A stretch of DNA of 64,000 bases from Acidimicrobiia bacterium. Lineage in GTDB: Bacteria > Actinomycetota > Acidimicrobiia > Spongiisociales > UBA5794. This document shows positions 46,192 through 54,524 of this stretch, one piece after another; the stretch's first letter is position 1, and every line of letters starts with the position of its first letter. The position numbers were made by a program, and so were the translations under genes. The stretch is taken from the NCBI GenBank assembly GCA_041581135.1, contig JBFGCM010000005.1:10338-74337 (forward strand). Reading direction: 5' to 3'. Under the pieces are notes generated by a model. The model was not told the DNA's origin. It saw only the letters and a program-made list of their open reading frames with translations, and searched no databases.

Positions 46192-47342
46192 CGCTCCCAC
46201 CTGGCACTTCCCTCCGCCACGCGCGTCCATGGCCAGCGGATCGGTAGATGACCGGTGCGTGTGGGATCGCGTCCCACGTCTTCGCCGTGCCCGGGGATGT
46301 AGTAGACGCGAGGCTGGGTGCCGAGCTCTTCCTTGAGAAGGAAGGCGTCGTTGTTGGCGAGGAAGCGTGACACTGACACGAGCTCCCGACCATTGGTTGC
46401 GTTGTCCTCTTCGAGGTCGCCGTAGTAGATCGCACGGTGCGGACATCCCTGGATGCAGTACGGCAAGGTTCCGGAGCGAACCATGTCGGGACAGAAATCA
46501 CACTTCATGACCGTGCCCTTGCGCGCCGGCACCTGCAGCTCGAGGTCGTATTCGGCGAGCAGAGCGTCTTCCGGCACCGGAGGTTCACCCCAGTTGAAGA
46601 ACCGGCGATCATATGGGCACGCTGCCATGCAGATGCGGCAGCCGATACAGCGATCCTGGTCGATGAGTACCGGCCCTTCCGGCGTGGAGAACGTCGCCGC
46701 CACCGGGCAGACGTTCACGCACGGCGGGTTCTGGCACTGCTGGCATGGCGTCGGAACGAAGCGGGTGCCCTCACCCTCGAGTTCGTGCTCGTAGACCTCG
46801 ATCCATTGCATCGGCTCAGGAGCGAAATGTCCTTCGATGCAGGCCGTCACACATTGCGGGGGCAGCCCGATGCTTTGGCAACCGTCACAGCGGCGCAGGT
46901 CGATGATCATCGTCCACTGACGAGTCCGCGCCCGAGGCGGAATGAGGTCGGGTTCGACGGTGGGTACCTGGAACATTGCCCTACGAACCATCTCGGGAAC
47001 CGCCATGTAGACGGTGCCGAAGACCGCTGCCCCTCCAAACAGCCGCATGGCGGTGCGCCGATCGACAACGCGGACGTCATCAGCGAACAACCAAGCCAAC
47101 CACTCCCGCCTGCTCTCGCGGGTCATCGAGGCTCGGGCCGCCACCAACGGTGCGGAAACCAGCACGAGCACGACGGTCAGGAGAACGAACAAGGGGCTGG
47201 CCCCCCACACGAGCAACGCGCCCACCGCGGCGGAGGCGAGCGCCGCCAACGTCGCAAACGCCATCCGGCGCCGGCGCCTCAGCTGAGGAGCTTGCACAAT
47301 TGCCCCCGCCTCGTCCGCATTAGGCGAGCGAACGTCCTTCAC
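46188..47342 (-). CDS. 4x[4Fe-4S] ferredoxin-type subunit (PsrB/NrfC/DmsB-like) with unusual N-terminal membrane extension
   Basis: Four Cys groups: CDGCQS..CVTAC, CQQCQNPPCVNVCP, CIGCRICMAACP and CDFCPD..CIQGCP. There is an internal Tat-like VDRRTAMRLFGGAAVFG. Start uncertain: GTG 47342 is used, with ATG 47264 and 47126 as alternatives. Confidence 0.8.
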   Translation of the reverse strand: MKDVRSPNADEAGAIVQAPQLRRRRRMAFATLAALASAAVGALLVWGASPLFVLLTVVLVLVSAPLVAARASMTRESRREWLAWLFADDVRVVDRRTAMRLFGGAAVFGTVYMAVPEMVRRAMFQVPTVEPDLIPPRARTRQWTMIIDLRRCDGCQSIGLPPQCVTACIEGHFAPEPMQWIEVYEHELEGEGTRFVPTPCQQCQNPPCVNVCPVAATFSTPEGPVLIDQDRCIGCRICMAACPYDRRFFNWGEPPVPEDALLAEYDLELQVPARKGTVMKCDFCPDMVRSGTLPYCIQGCPHRAIYYGDLEEDNATNGRELVSVSRFLANNDAFLLKEELGTQPRVYYIPGHGEDVGRDPTRTGHLPIRWPWTRVAEGSARWER

Positions 47343-47522
47343 TGCACCTGCACGTAATCTCGATGACCAGGGCCGGCGTCCACCAGGGCCGAAGAGCCCG
47401 TCTCTCTCGTCGAAGGTCCCAGGTCGCCCAGTCGATCATCACGCCTGACGGTGGTGCAGACCTCATGGCACAGCGGGCTGTTGCCGGCTCACGCCGAGCG
47501 TCGAGCCCGAGTTGTGACTCGG

Positions 47523-48353
47523 TCAGCGTCGTGGTTGGAACGCCGTGCGCAACGCCGCCTGGTCGAAGTAGCCCCCCGGCACCGAGCCGGTGGCGGCAAA
47601 GTGGTACAGGGCGGTCTGGAAGATCCCGCTGAGCGCGGCGAGCACGACGGCCACGAGCACCATCCACGCCACGGCCACCGCGACGCCAACGCCGATGGCG
47701 GCACCGCCGGCGGCGACGCCCAGCAACACCACTGCAACGGCAGGGAGAGCCGCAATGAACCCGAGCAACCCGAAGCCCACCTGAGCGGCCACGTTCTCGC
47801 CCCAGGTCCGCAGGAAGAGATCCTTCGATCGGCGTATCGCATCGCCTACGCCGACTCTCTCGATCACCAACACCGGCAGCACCAAGAACGTCACGAGCGA
47901 CCACGCAAGGCCGATGGCGCCGATGACGAGCCGGCCGATCAGCCCGGCCCGCTCCTCCAGGGAACGGAGGATGATCGACACGGTCGCACTGATCAATGCC
48001 CAGGGCAGGATGTGGCCGGCGTCGCCGAGCGCCATTCTCAAGGCGCTGCCGATGGTGGGGTCGCCGCCGTTCATCCGTTCGTCTGCTCCGTGGATGAGGG
48101 CGGCGTTGAAGAAGATGGTGATGTAGGCCGTCACCGCATAGAACAAGAACAACACCACGTAGCTGACGGGACCCAGCTGAGGCTCTTCGCCACCCGATGT
48201 GAGGAAGATCGGGATGATGAAGGTGGCACCCACGATGAGCGTCACCACCGCCGACATGATGGGAAGCGCGACCAGCTCTTTGTCGGCTTTGAGCACGTGC
48301 CACGAAGCCTTGGCGAGCGCGAGGGTGTTGCGGAGTCGTTGCATGCCGACCAT
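47523..48353 (-). CDS. polytopic membrane protein (DUF6159-like)
   Basis: 6 predicted TMs. The N-terminus LALAKASWHVLKADKELVALPI recalls DUF6159. Start is ATG 48353 or 48344. Confidence 0.55.
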   Translation of the reverse strand: MVGMQRLRNTLALAKASWHVLKADKELVALPIMSAVVTLIVGATFIIPIFLTSGGEEPQLGPVSYVVLFLFYAVTAYITIFFNAALIHGADERMNGGDPTIGSALRMALGDAGHILPWALISATVSIILRSLEERAGLIGRLVIGAIGLAWSLVTFLVLPVLVIERVGVGDAIRRSKDLFLRTWGENVAAQVGFGLLGFIAALPAVAVVLLGVAAGGAAIGVGVAVAVAWMVLVAVVLAALSGIFQTALYHFAATGSVPGGYFDQAALRTAFQPRR

Positions 48354-48416
48354 TGTGCCAGGCTTGCCGACCCGAGGCGCACTCTCGCCACAACCGTCTG
48401 AGATCGCGGAGGACCC

Positions 48417-48983
48417 GTGCCCAGCTTCACGCGTGATGAGCTCGAGTGGTTCCGCGATCATTCGGTGGCGGACATCGCCGGTGACGGAATGAAGCTGCTC
48501 TTCGTAGGTATCAATCCCGGTTTGTGGACCGCCGCTACCCAGACCCACTTCGCCCATCCCGGCAACCGCTTCTACCCGGCGCTGTTCGAGGCGGGGATCA
48601 TCGAGCAGCCCATCGACCGTGCTGCGGGATTCACACCCGATGACCGCACCTACCTGGTGCGACGGGGCATCGGCATCACCAACCTCGTCAACCGTGCCAC
48701 CGCCCGAGCCGATGAGCTGTCGACCGACGAGTTGCGCCGAGGTGCAGTGGCACTCACCGGCAAGGTGGCCGACTGGTCACCGAAGGTCGTCGCCATCGTG
48801 GGCATCACGGCGTACCGCACCGCGTTCTCCAGGAGCAAGGCGGCCTCGGGCAGGCAACCGGAAGCCCTCGCCGGTGCCGGCTTGTGGGTACTGGGCAACC
48901 CGTCCGGCCTCAACGCCCACGAGACCATCGGCTCATTGGCGGCCTCATACGCTGAGCCGGCTCGGGAAGCCGGGATCCTCTAG
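48417..48983 (+). CDS. mug: G/U mismatch-specific uracil-DNA glycosylase (family 2)
   Basis: LLFVGINPGLWTA...HFAHPGNRFY and ITNLVNRAT are Mug/TDG motifs. Confidence 0.85.
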   Translation: MPSFTRDELEWFRDHSVADIAGDGMKLLFVGINPGLWTAATQTHFAHPGNRFYPALFEAGIIEQPIDRAAGFTPDDRTYLVRRGIGITNLVNRATARADELSTDELRRGAVALTGKVADWSPKVVAIVGITAYRTAFSRSKAASGRQPEALAGAGLWVLGNPSGLNAHETIGSLAASYAEPAREAGIL

Positions 48984-49582
48984 CAGCTGGCTCCCGGCTC
49001 AGGAGCGTGATCGCCGCGGCGGAACGCGTCGATGAACTGCTCCAAGCGGGGATCGTCTGCCGAGTCGAGCCGCAACTGGGCGCCCCACGTGGTGGCGATC
49101 ACCGGGGCCGGCTGACCCGGGTAGGGGCTGAGCAGCATCTTGGAGTTGCGGGTCGACATGGCGTGGGAGCGGAGCTGGTCGATGACGGCCTGATCGGCAC
49201 CGGGCTGATACGTCAGCCAGATGGCACCGTGCTCCAGCGTGTGGACCGCCTGTTCAGTGGGTATCGGCGACTCGTAGACACCGCAGTCCAACCACGTCGG
49301 GTTGTGCTCGCCGCCGGGTGGTGGCTCCACGTCGTAGGCGATCGATCCGTCGGTGTGGGTCCGGGCGAGGCTCTCGAAGGTCTGCGTGCCCTCGGGAACG
49401 TCGACCGGCTCTCCGGTCTCGGTCCCGATGAAGAATGCGATCACGGCGATCACAGCGACCGCTCCGAGGCCGCGCAGCCCCCACGTCTTCCAGTCGACCG
49501 ACTCGTCGGCCCTTGTGGGCGCCGACTTGGGGCGCGCCTTCTTGTCCGCCTGCTTCGAGGTCTTCGCCTTTGCTTTCGCCAT
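48980..49582 (-). CDS. DUF3105-domain membrane-anchored protein
   Basis: Lys-rich N-terminus plus one TM. PPPGGEHNP.W...GVY..P.....AVHTLEHGAIWLTY is typical of DUF3105. Confidence 0.7.
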   Translation of the reverse strand: MAKAKAKTSKQADKKARPKSAPTRADESVDWKTWGLRGLGAVAVIAVIAFFIGTETGEPVDVPEGTQTFESLARTHTDGSIAYDVEPPPGGEHNPTWLDCGVYESPIPTEQAVHTLEHGAIWLTYQPGADQAVIDQLRSHAMSTRNSKMLLSPYPGQPAPVIATTWGAQLRLDSADDPRLEQFIDAFRRGDHAPEPGASC

Positions 49583-49688
49583 GCTTCTCCTCGTCGGCGG
49601 GCATCGTACCCGGTTCGTGCGGGTAGTCCGGGCGAGTGGGTCCGGGGAGGCGCAGGCTCGACGCTGCGCACGAGTAGTTTCCTAGGTC

Positions 49689-50660
49689 ATGACGACGTGG
49701 GGCATCATCGGTACCGGCGACATCGCGACCCGATTCGTCCGCACGATCGCCGACCTGGACGGAGCCGTCGTGGGTGGCGTCGTCTCCCGCACGGCGGCTC
49801 GCGCCGACGAGTTCGCCGCCGAATTCGGGATCCCAGGTCGCTTCACGACGCTGCAGCCCCTCTTCGATGCCGCGGATGTGGTCTACGTTGCCACTCCCCA
49901 CGATCGCCACCGCGCCGACACGCTGGCCGCTCTCCAGGCAGGAATGCCGGTGTTGTGCGAGAAGCCACTCGCCATCAACCACCGGCAGGGCAAGGAGATG
50001 GTCGACGCCGCCCGGGCGGCGTCAGTCTTCCTGATGGAGGCTGTGTGGAGCCGTTTCCTGCCATGGTTCGACACGTTGGTGCGACACATTGCCTCCGGCG
50101 TCATCGGAGAAGTCCGAAGCGTGCAATCGGACTTCGGGTTCGTCATCCCCCATGATCCGGATTCCCGCCTGCTGGCGCCTCGCCACGGCGGGGGATCACT
50201 GCTGGACATCGGCATCTACCCCCTGACCCTCGTCCAAGCGATCCTCGGATGGCCGGATGAGGTACGGGCATGGGCACACCTCGGTGACACGGGTGTCGAC
50301 GAGCAGATCGGCGTCGTTCTCGGTTACTCAGGGGGTCGGCTCGGGGTGGTGCACGCCTCCCTGCAGGGCTTCAACGCCAACGAGGCCACGATCGTCGGCA
50401 CCGACGGCTACATCCGTCTGCGGCATCCGGCGCATGCCACCCGGCGGTTGGAGGTGCACCGCCAGGGGAAGCCGCCGGAGGTCGACGACACGTCCTTCCC
50501 GTCGACCGGCATGCAGTTCGAGGTGGAGGAGGTCCATCGCTGCCTCGCCGCAGGTGAGGCAGAGAGTCCCCGCGTGCCGCACGACCACAGCCTGCGAATG
50601 CTCCAGCTGATGGACCTGATCAGAGCGGAGGTGGGCCTCCGCTATCCGGTCGACGATTGA
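49689..50660 (+). CDS. Gfo/Idh/MocA-family NAD(P)-dependent oxidoreductase
   Basis: N-terminal Rossmann WGIIGTGDIA and the EKPLA motif (LCEKPLAIN). Confidence 0.8.
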   Translation: MTTWGIIGTGDIATRFVRTIADLDGAVVGGVVSRTAARADEFAAEFGIPGRFTTLQPLFDAADVVYVATPHDRHRADTLAALQAGMPVLCEKPLAINHRQGKEMVDAARAASVFLMEAVWSRFLPWFDTLVRHIASGVIGEVRSVQSDFGFVIPHDPDSRLLAPRHGGGSLLDIGIYPLTLVQAILGWPDEVRAWAHLGDTGVDEQIGVVLGYSGGRLGVVHASLQGFNANEATIVGTDGYIRLRHPAHATRRLEVHRQGKPPEVDDTSFPSTGMQFEVEEVHRCLAAGEAESPRVPHDHSLRMLQLMDLIRAEVGLRYPVDD

Positions 50661-50738
50661 CCGAATGCTCTCACCAGCTTCACAGTCTCCTGACACGCAG
50701 CACCGATGCTCTGGGTAGGCGAGCAAAGGAGACAAGCC

Positions 50739-51215
50739 GTGAAGTGGAAGCGACTCACCACGATGCTGGTGCTGGTTCTGTCGGCGGTGATGGTGGCCGG
50801 TGTCGCCGTCGCCCAGGACGATCCGGCCGAACCGGAGCACCACCGCAAGTACGGTGCGCTCTGGGCCAAGGGAACCGGAGCGGTGGAACTCGATGTCGAC
50901 GTGGCCAAGCTGGGCATGTACGTCATTGGTGACGTCACGATCGTCGGACGATCCGATCTGGATGTGCTGATCAACGATGCGCCGCTCGATCGACTCGCTG
51001 CCCCTGATTCGGATGGCACGGTCATCGAGCTCACCGGATTCGAGGGCGTCATCAAGATCCGTGGGGAGGATTTCGACGTCACGGTCGAGGGTGAGGTCAA
51101 GCTGCATGGACGCGGGGGCGGCTCGGCCAGCTTCCGTGGCACGGGCTGGTGGAGGACCCTGCACAACCGAGGGTTGTGGCCGGCCGGTGATCCTGAGACC
51201 GACATCGGGTTCTAG
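50739..51215 (+). CDS. hypothetical secreted protein
   Basis: GTG 50739 lies 7 nt after AAGGAG. Signal peptide LTTMLVLVLSAVMVAGVAVAQD. No known domain recognised. Confidence 0.55.
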   Translation: MKWKRLTTMLVLVLSAVMVAGVAVAQDDPAEPEHHRKYGALWAKGTGAVELDVDVAKLGMYVIGDVTIVGRSDLDVLINDAPLDRLAAPDSDGTVIELTGFEGVIKIRGEDFDVTVEGEVKLHGRGGGSASFRGTGWWRTLHNRGLWPAGDPETDIGF

Positions 51216-51244
51216 CGCACACCCCCACGACGTTCCTCATTGAG

Positions 51245-51274
51245 GATGCCGGACACCTGGTGGTGTCTGGCATC
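51245..51274 (+). terminator. 13-bp-stem hairpin (4-nt loop) 30 nt after the stop at 51215
   Basis: gatgccggacacc-tggt-ggtgtctggcatc with one G-U pair. No U-tract. Confidence 0.5.
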
Positions 51275-51387
51275 GTCGCGTGCCGGGGTTGCCCTCAGCC
51301 GTGCGTCGCCACCTCGCCGATCGAGGCCGGATGCGAGCAGACAACGGCACATGTGTTCTCCTCGGCGATCGGTAGGGTCACGGATCA

Positions 51388-52602
51388 GTGGACACGGCAC
51401 CCGGGATCGCAGCGACCAGCCTCTCGTTCGCCGCCGTCTTGGGCGCTGCCATGGGTCTCGCCACCATCGGTGGTGCCGCGATCGGCGTCCTGGCGACGTT
51501 TCTCATCGACGAGTTCGACATCACCCGTTCCGACGTGGGCACCCTGATCGCCGCGTTCGCCATCGTTGGCGCCATCGCGTCGCCCGGGGCGGGTCGCCTC
51601 GCCGACTTGCTCGGAGGGCGACGGTCGGTGCTGGCCGTGTACCTCGTGGCCATCCTCGTGCTCGCCGGAATGGCGACGGCTCCCACCTTCCTGCTTCTCC
51701 TTCTCGCCTCCGGTGCCGGGGGATTCGCCAACGGGCTCACCAACCCCGCCACGAACAAGGCGATCGCCACGCTGGTGCCGACAGGTCAGCGTGGCCTCAT
51801 CACCGGTATCAAACAATCCGGGGTCCAGCTCGGCGTGTTCCTCGCCGGTTTGCTGCTCCCCCCGGTTGCGGACCGCTTCGGATGGCGAACCGGAGTGGGA
51901 GGATTGGCGGTGCTGGGTGTGCTCGGGCTCGTTGCGGCCCACTTTCGGTTGCCGCGCGAGGAGGGGAGGGACGTGGTCGAGCGCCGACCTCTGCGTGAGC
52001 CGCATGCGCCGGTCGTGTGGTGGCTCACCTTGTACAGCTTCCTCATGGGGCTGGGTACCGGTTCGATCACCGCCTTCATCGCGTTGTTCGCCGAGGAGGA
52101 AGTCGGGATGGACGTGCGCGCCGCCGGCCTCGTGCTGGGTCTCACCGGTCTGGTGGCCCTGGGAGGCCGCATCGGGTGGGGCATCGTCAGTGAGCGCCAC
52201 ACCGGCTATTTCCCGGCCTTGGCGATGATGGCTGCGCTGGCCACGGGTGCCGCCGGCTTGCTCGTGGCGGCGCCACACCTCGGCAGTGCGGCGGTATGGG
52301 TTGCCGCCGTGCTGGTGGGGTTCAGCGTGGGATCGTGGAACACGGTGGCGATGCTGGCCGTGATGCACACTGCGGGGCCGGCGCAAGCCGGTCGGGGATC
52401 AGGGCTCGTGGTGCTCGGCTTTCTCGGCGGCTTCGGCCTCGGACCCCGCGGCTTCGGCGGTTGGGTGGATGCCGTGGGTTCCTACGGTCCGGCATGGGGC
52501 GGTGTGGTGGTGGGCTTCGCCGCCGCGCTCGGGGTGGCGCTCCTGTGGATGAGCTGGGGGAGGAGGCGGCTCGCCGTCTCAGGCGACGACTGCGGCGCCT
52601 GA
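51388..52602 (+). CDS. MFS transporter
   Basis: About 12 TMs. MFS loop motif GRLADLLGGRR. Confidence 0.8.
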   Translation: MDTAPGIAATSLSFAAVLGAAMGLATIGGAAIGVLATFLIDEFDITRSDVGTLIAAFAIVGAIASPGAGRLADLLGGRRSVLAVYLVAILVLAGMATAPTFLLLLLASGAGGFANGLTNPATNKAIATLVPTGQRGLITGIKQSGVQLGVFLAGLLLPPVADRFGWRTGVGGLAVLGVLGLVAAHFRLPREEGRDVVERRPLREPHAPVVWWLTLYSFLMGLGTGSITAFIALFAEEEVGMDVRAAGLVLGLTGLVALGGRIGWGIVSERHTGYFPALAMMAALATGAAGLLVAAPHLGSAAVWVAAVLVGFSVGSWNTVAMLAVMHTAGPAQAGRGSGLVVLGFLGGFGLGPRGFGGWVDAVGSYGPAWGGVVVGFAAALGVALLWMSWGRRRLAVSGDDCGA

Positions 52603-53097
52603 CGCCACGATACGAATCGAACCCTTGGTGGCCGTATCCAGCACCAGGTGGACGCCGGCGGCCACCGATGCCGCTGCCAGATGCACCATGTCCACGGAGG
52701 GCAACAGCGATTCAGGCCGGTCGGTGACCTCGGCTCCGCTGGCATCGAGGGCAGCCTCGGCCCGTTCCAGCCGGAGCAACGTCCCGTCGGCGAACTCGAG
52801 GAAGGTGCTGCGATCGAGCGCCGGACACACTTCGGTGCGGGCCTTCACGAGGGGAACTCGGCGACGCGCCAGGCTGCGCAGTCGGGTGAGGCTGGCACGC
52901 GTGGCGCCAGGGTCGTTGTACCCGCGATACAGCGACGCCGTCGACTCGAGCACGAGCTGCATGTCGGCGACATCCTCGGGGTCGAATCCATGGCGGGTTG
53001 CGAGGCCCTGGCGGGTGCCCTTCCACAGTTGTGTAGCGATCCAGAACCCCAGCGGGAAGCTGGCGGCGATGAGGATGGCTGCGATCGGAAAGGGCAT
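52579..53097 (-). CDS. hypothetical protein with N-terminal TM
   Basis: 172-aa ORF. TM PFPIAAILIAASFPLGFWIA. No recognised domain. Confidence 0.45.
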   Translation of the reverse strand: MPFPIAAILIAASFPLGFWIATQLWKGTRQGLATRHGFDPEDVADMQLVLESTASLYRGYNDPGATRASLTRLRSLARRRVPLVKARTEVCPALDRSTFLEFADGTLLRLERAEAALDASGAEVTDRPESLLPSVDMVHLAAASVAAGVHLVLDTATKGSIRIVASGAAVVA

Positions 53098-53185
53098 GAA
53101 GGTAGTAACGGCGAACGCCTGTTGCTGCTTTAGTCCCGGCCCGGCGCCGATTCGGAGCCCGGCGAGCGTGGTACCCGTGGGTCGG

Positions 53186-53830
53186 CTAGGGCGAGTCGAA
53201 CCCCATCACGGCCACGCCGTAACGACGCTGCAGGGCAGCTCCGACCAGCTCCCGCCACTGGGTGACGGGAACACTGCGCCGGGCCGCCGCCCGGGTGAAG
53301 CGGTACCGCCTCGGTTCGGTGACGACGGCGTGAAACGCCGATTCGACTCCCAGCCACGAGGCAGCAGATGCCATGCGGCTGCTGCGGGGAGGCACCAGCG
53401 TCAGCGGTCCGACGATGGTGGCGCGCTGCGCCCGGTAGTGGTGGCGGTCGACCAACACCCGCCCCGAAAGCTGCACGAAGCCGGACACGAGTGGCTGACG
53501 GCGTGGGATGAGGTATCGGGGCGGCAGCCCGGGCTGTTCCCTGGTGGCATAGATCCCGCACGTGCACCAGGGTTCGGGGACGATGCGGTGGTGGCGGTCG
53601 ATGGTCGCACCCAACCGGAGCTCCTGCGTCGCCGGCTCCTGCACCATGCATTTGGCGTCCAGGTGCGCTTCCCGCCAGGGGAATCCGAACAAACCGGTGA
53701 GCATGGGCCTGCCATCTCGGGCGCCGTCCGGGAGCACGAGCCACGTGCGCCACACCACGACAGGCTCACGCGACACGCCCCGCTTCGGGACGGCGTATCC
53801 CGGGTAGGTGAGGTTGACCGGGCGTGCCAT
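53186..53830 (-). CDS. hypothetical protein
   Basis: 214-aa ORF with motifs FGFPW and PEPWCTCGIYA. No recognised domain. Confidence 0.5.
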   Translation of the reverse strand: MARPVNLTYPGYAVPKRGVSREPVVVWRTWLVLPDGARDGRPMLTGLFGFPWREAHLDAKCMVQEPATQELRLGATIDRHHRIVPEPWCTCGIYATREQPGLPPRYLIPRRQPLVSGFVQLSGRVLVDRHHYRAQRATIVGPLTLVPPRSSRMASAASWLGVESAFHAVVTEPRRYRFTRAAARRSVPVTQWRELVGAALQRRYGVAVMGFDSP

Positions 53831-53945
53831 CGTTCGAGCGTATCAGTCTGTGGTGATATCTGGGCTGTCTCGGCCCACGTCGTCCCCACTTGGAAGCCAC
53901 ATCGTGTGACAATGGAGGCCATCAACCTCCGAGGAGCGTGCACCG

Positions 53946-54524
53946 ATGGCAGTCGATCTCGCCGGATTCATCACGTACCTGAAGGAGCACGCCGTCGAGC
54001 ACGCGTTCCATGTCCACGATGAGCGCCACTTCATCGAGACCTACTCGCTCCGTCAGTCGTGGGAGATCGACCTGCATCCCGAGGCGGCGTGCGATGGGCC
54101 GCTCGACCTCAACCTTGCCTTCGACGTAGAGCCGCGAGTGGTGTTGGGCCTCGAGGATCGCATCTACCAGACGGGCGATCCGCTCCCCGAGGAGACGGGT
54201 GAGTTCCGGATTCCGTTGCTGTTCAACTGGGCGCTGCCGCCGCTGAAGTCATCTCCGGATCTCCTCGTGCTCGCCACCGACCTCGCCGGTATCGGTGGCC
54301 CGGACCTGCCCATCGAGGTGTCCGCCGTCGACGCCTTCGGGGCCGTGGCCGACGGAGCCGAGCACCGGTTGCTGGTCACCGGCCGGGTCGAGGTGTCGCT
54401 GGTGGACGTGATGGCCGGCCGGGAGAAGATGTGTGACATCCTCGATCGGTGCCTCGATGTGAGCGAGTTCCTTCTCGGCCAGGCCGAGGACCGGTGGGGG
54501 ACCATCGACACCTGGGAAAGTTAG
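53946..54524 (+). CDS. hypothetical acidic protein
   Basis: 192-aa ORF. ATG lies behind GAGGAG. No recognised domain. Confidence 0.5.
   Translation: MAVDLAGFITYLKEHAVEHAFHVHDERHFIETYSLRQSWEIDLHPEAACDGPLDLNLAFDVEPRVVLGLEDRIYQTGDPLPEETGEFRIPLLFNWALPPLKSSPDLLVLATDLAGIGGPDLPIEVSAVDAFGAVADGAEHRLLVTGRVEVSLVDVMAGREKMCDILDRCLDVSEFLLGQAEDRWGTIDTWES

Noticed and set aside
43502-46501. A 999-aa ORF spanning the di-haem cytochrome gene and the NrfD region.
   Set aside because: Only the last 449 codons (from ATGATG at 44851) give a coherent protein with a signal peptide, TMs and CxxCH motifs. The upstream 550 codons are an out-of-frame read through the NrfD gene and yield an Arg/His/Pro-rich nonsense sequence.
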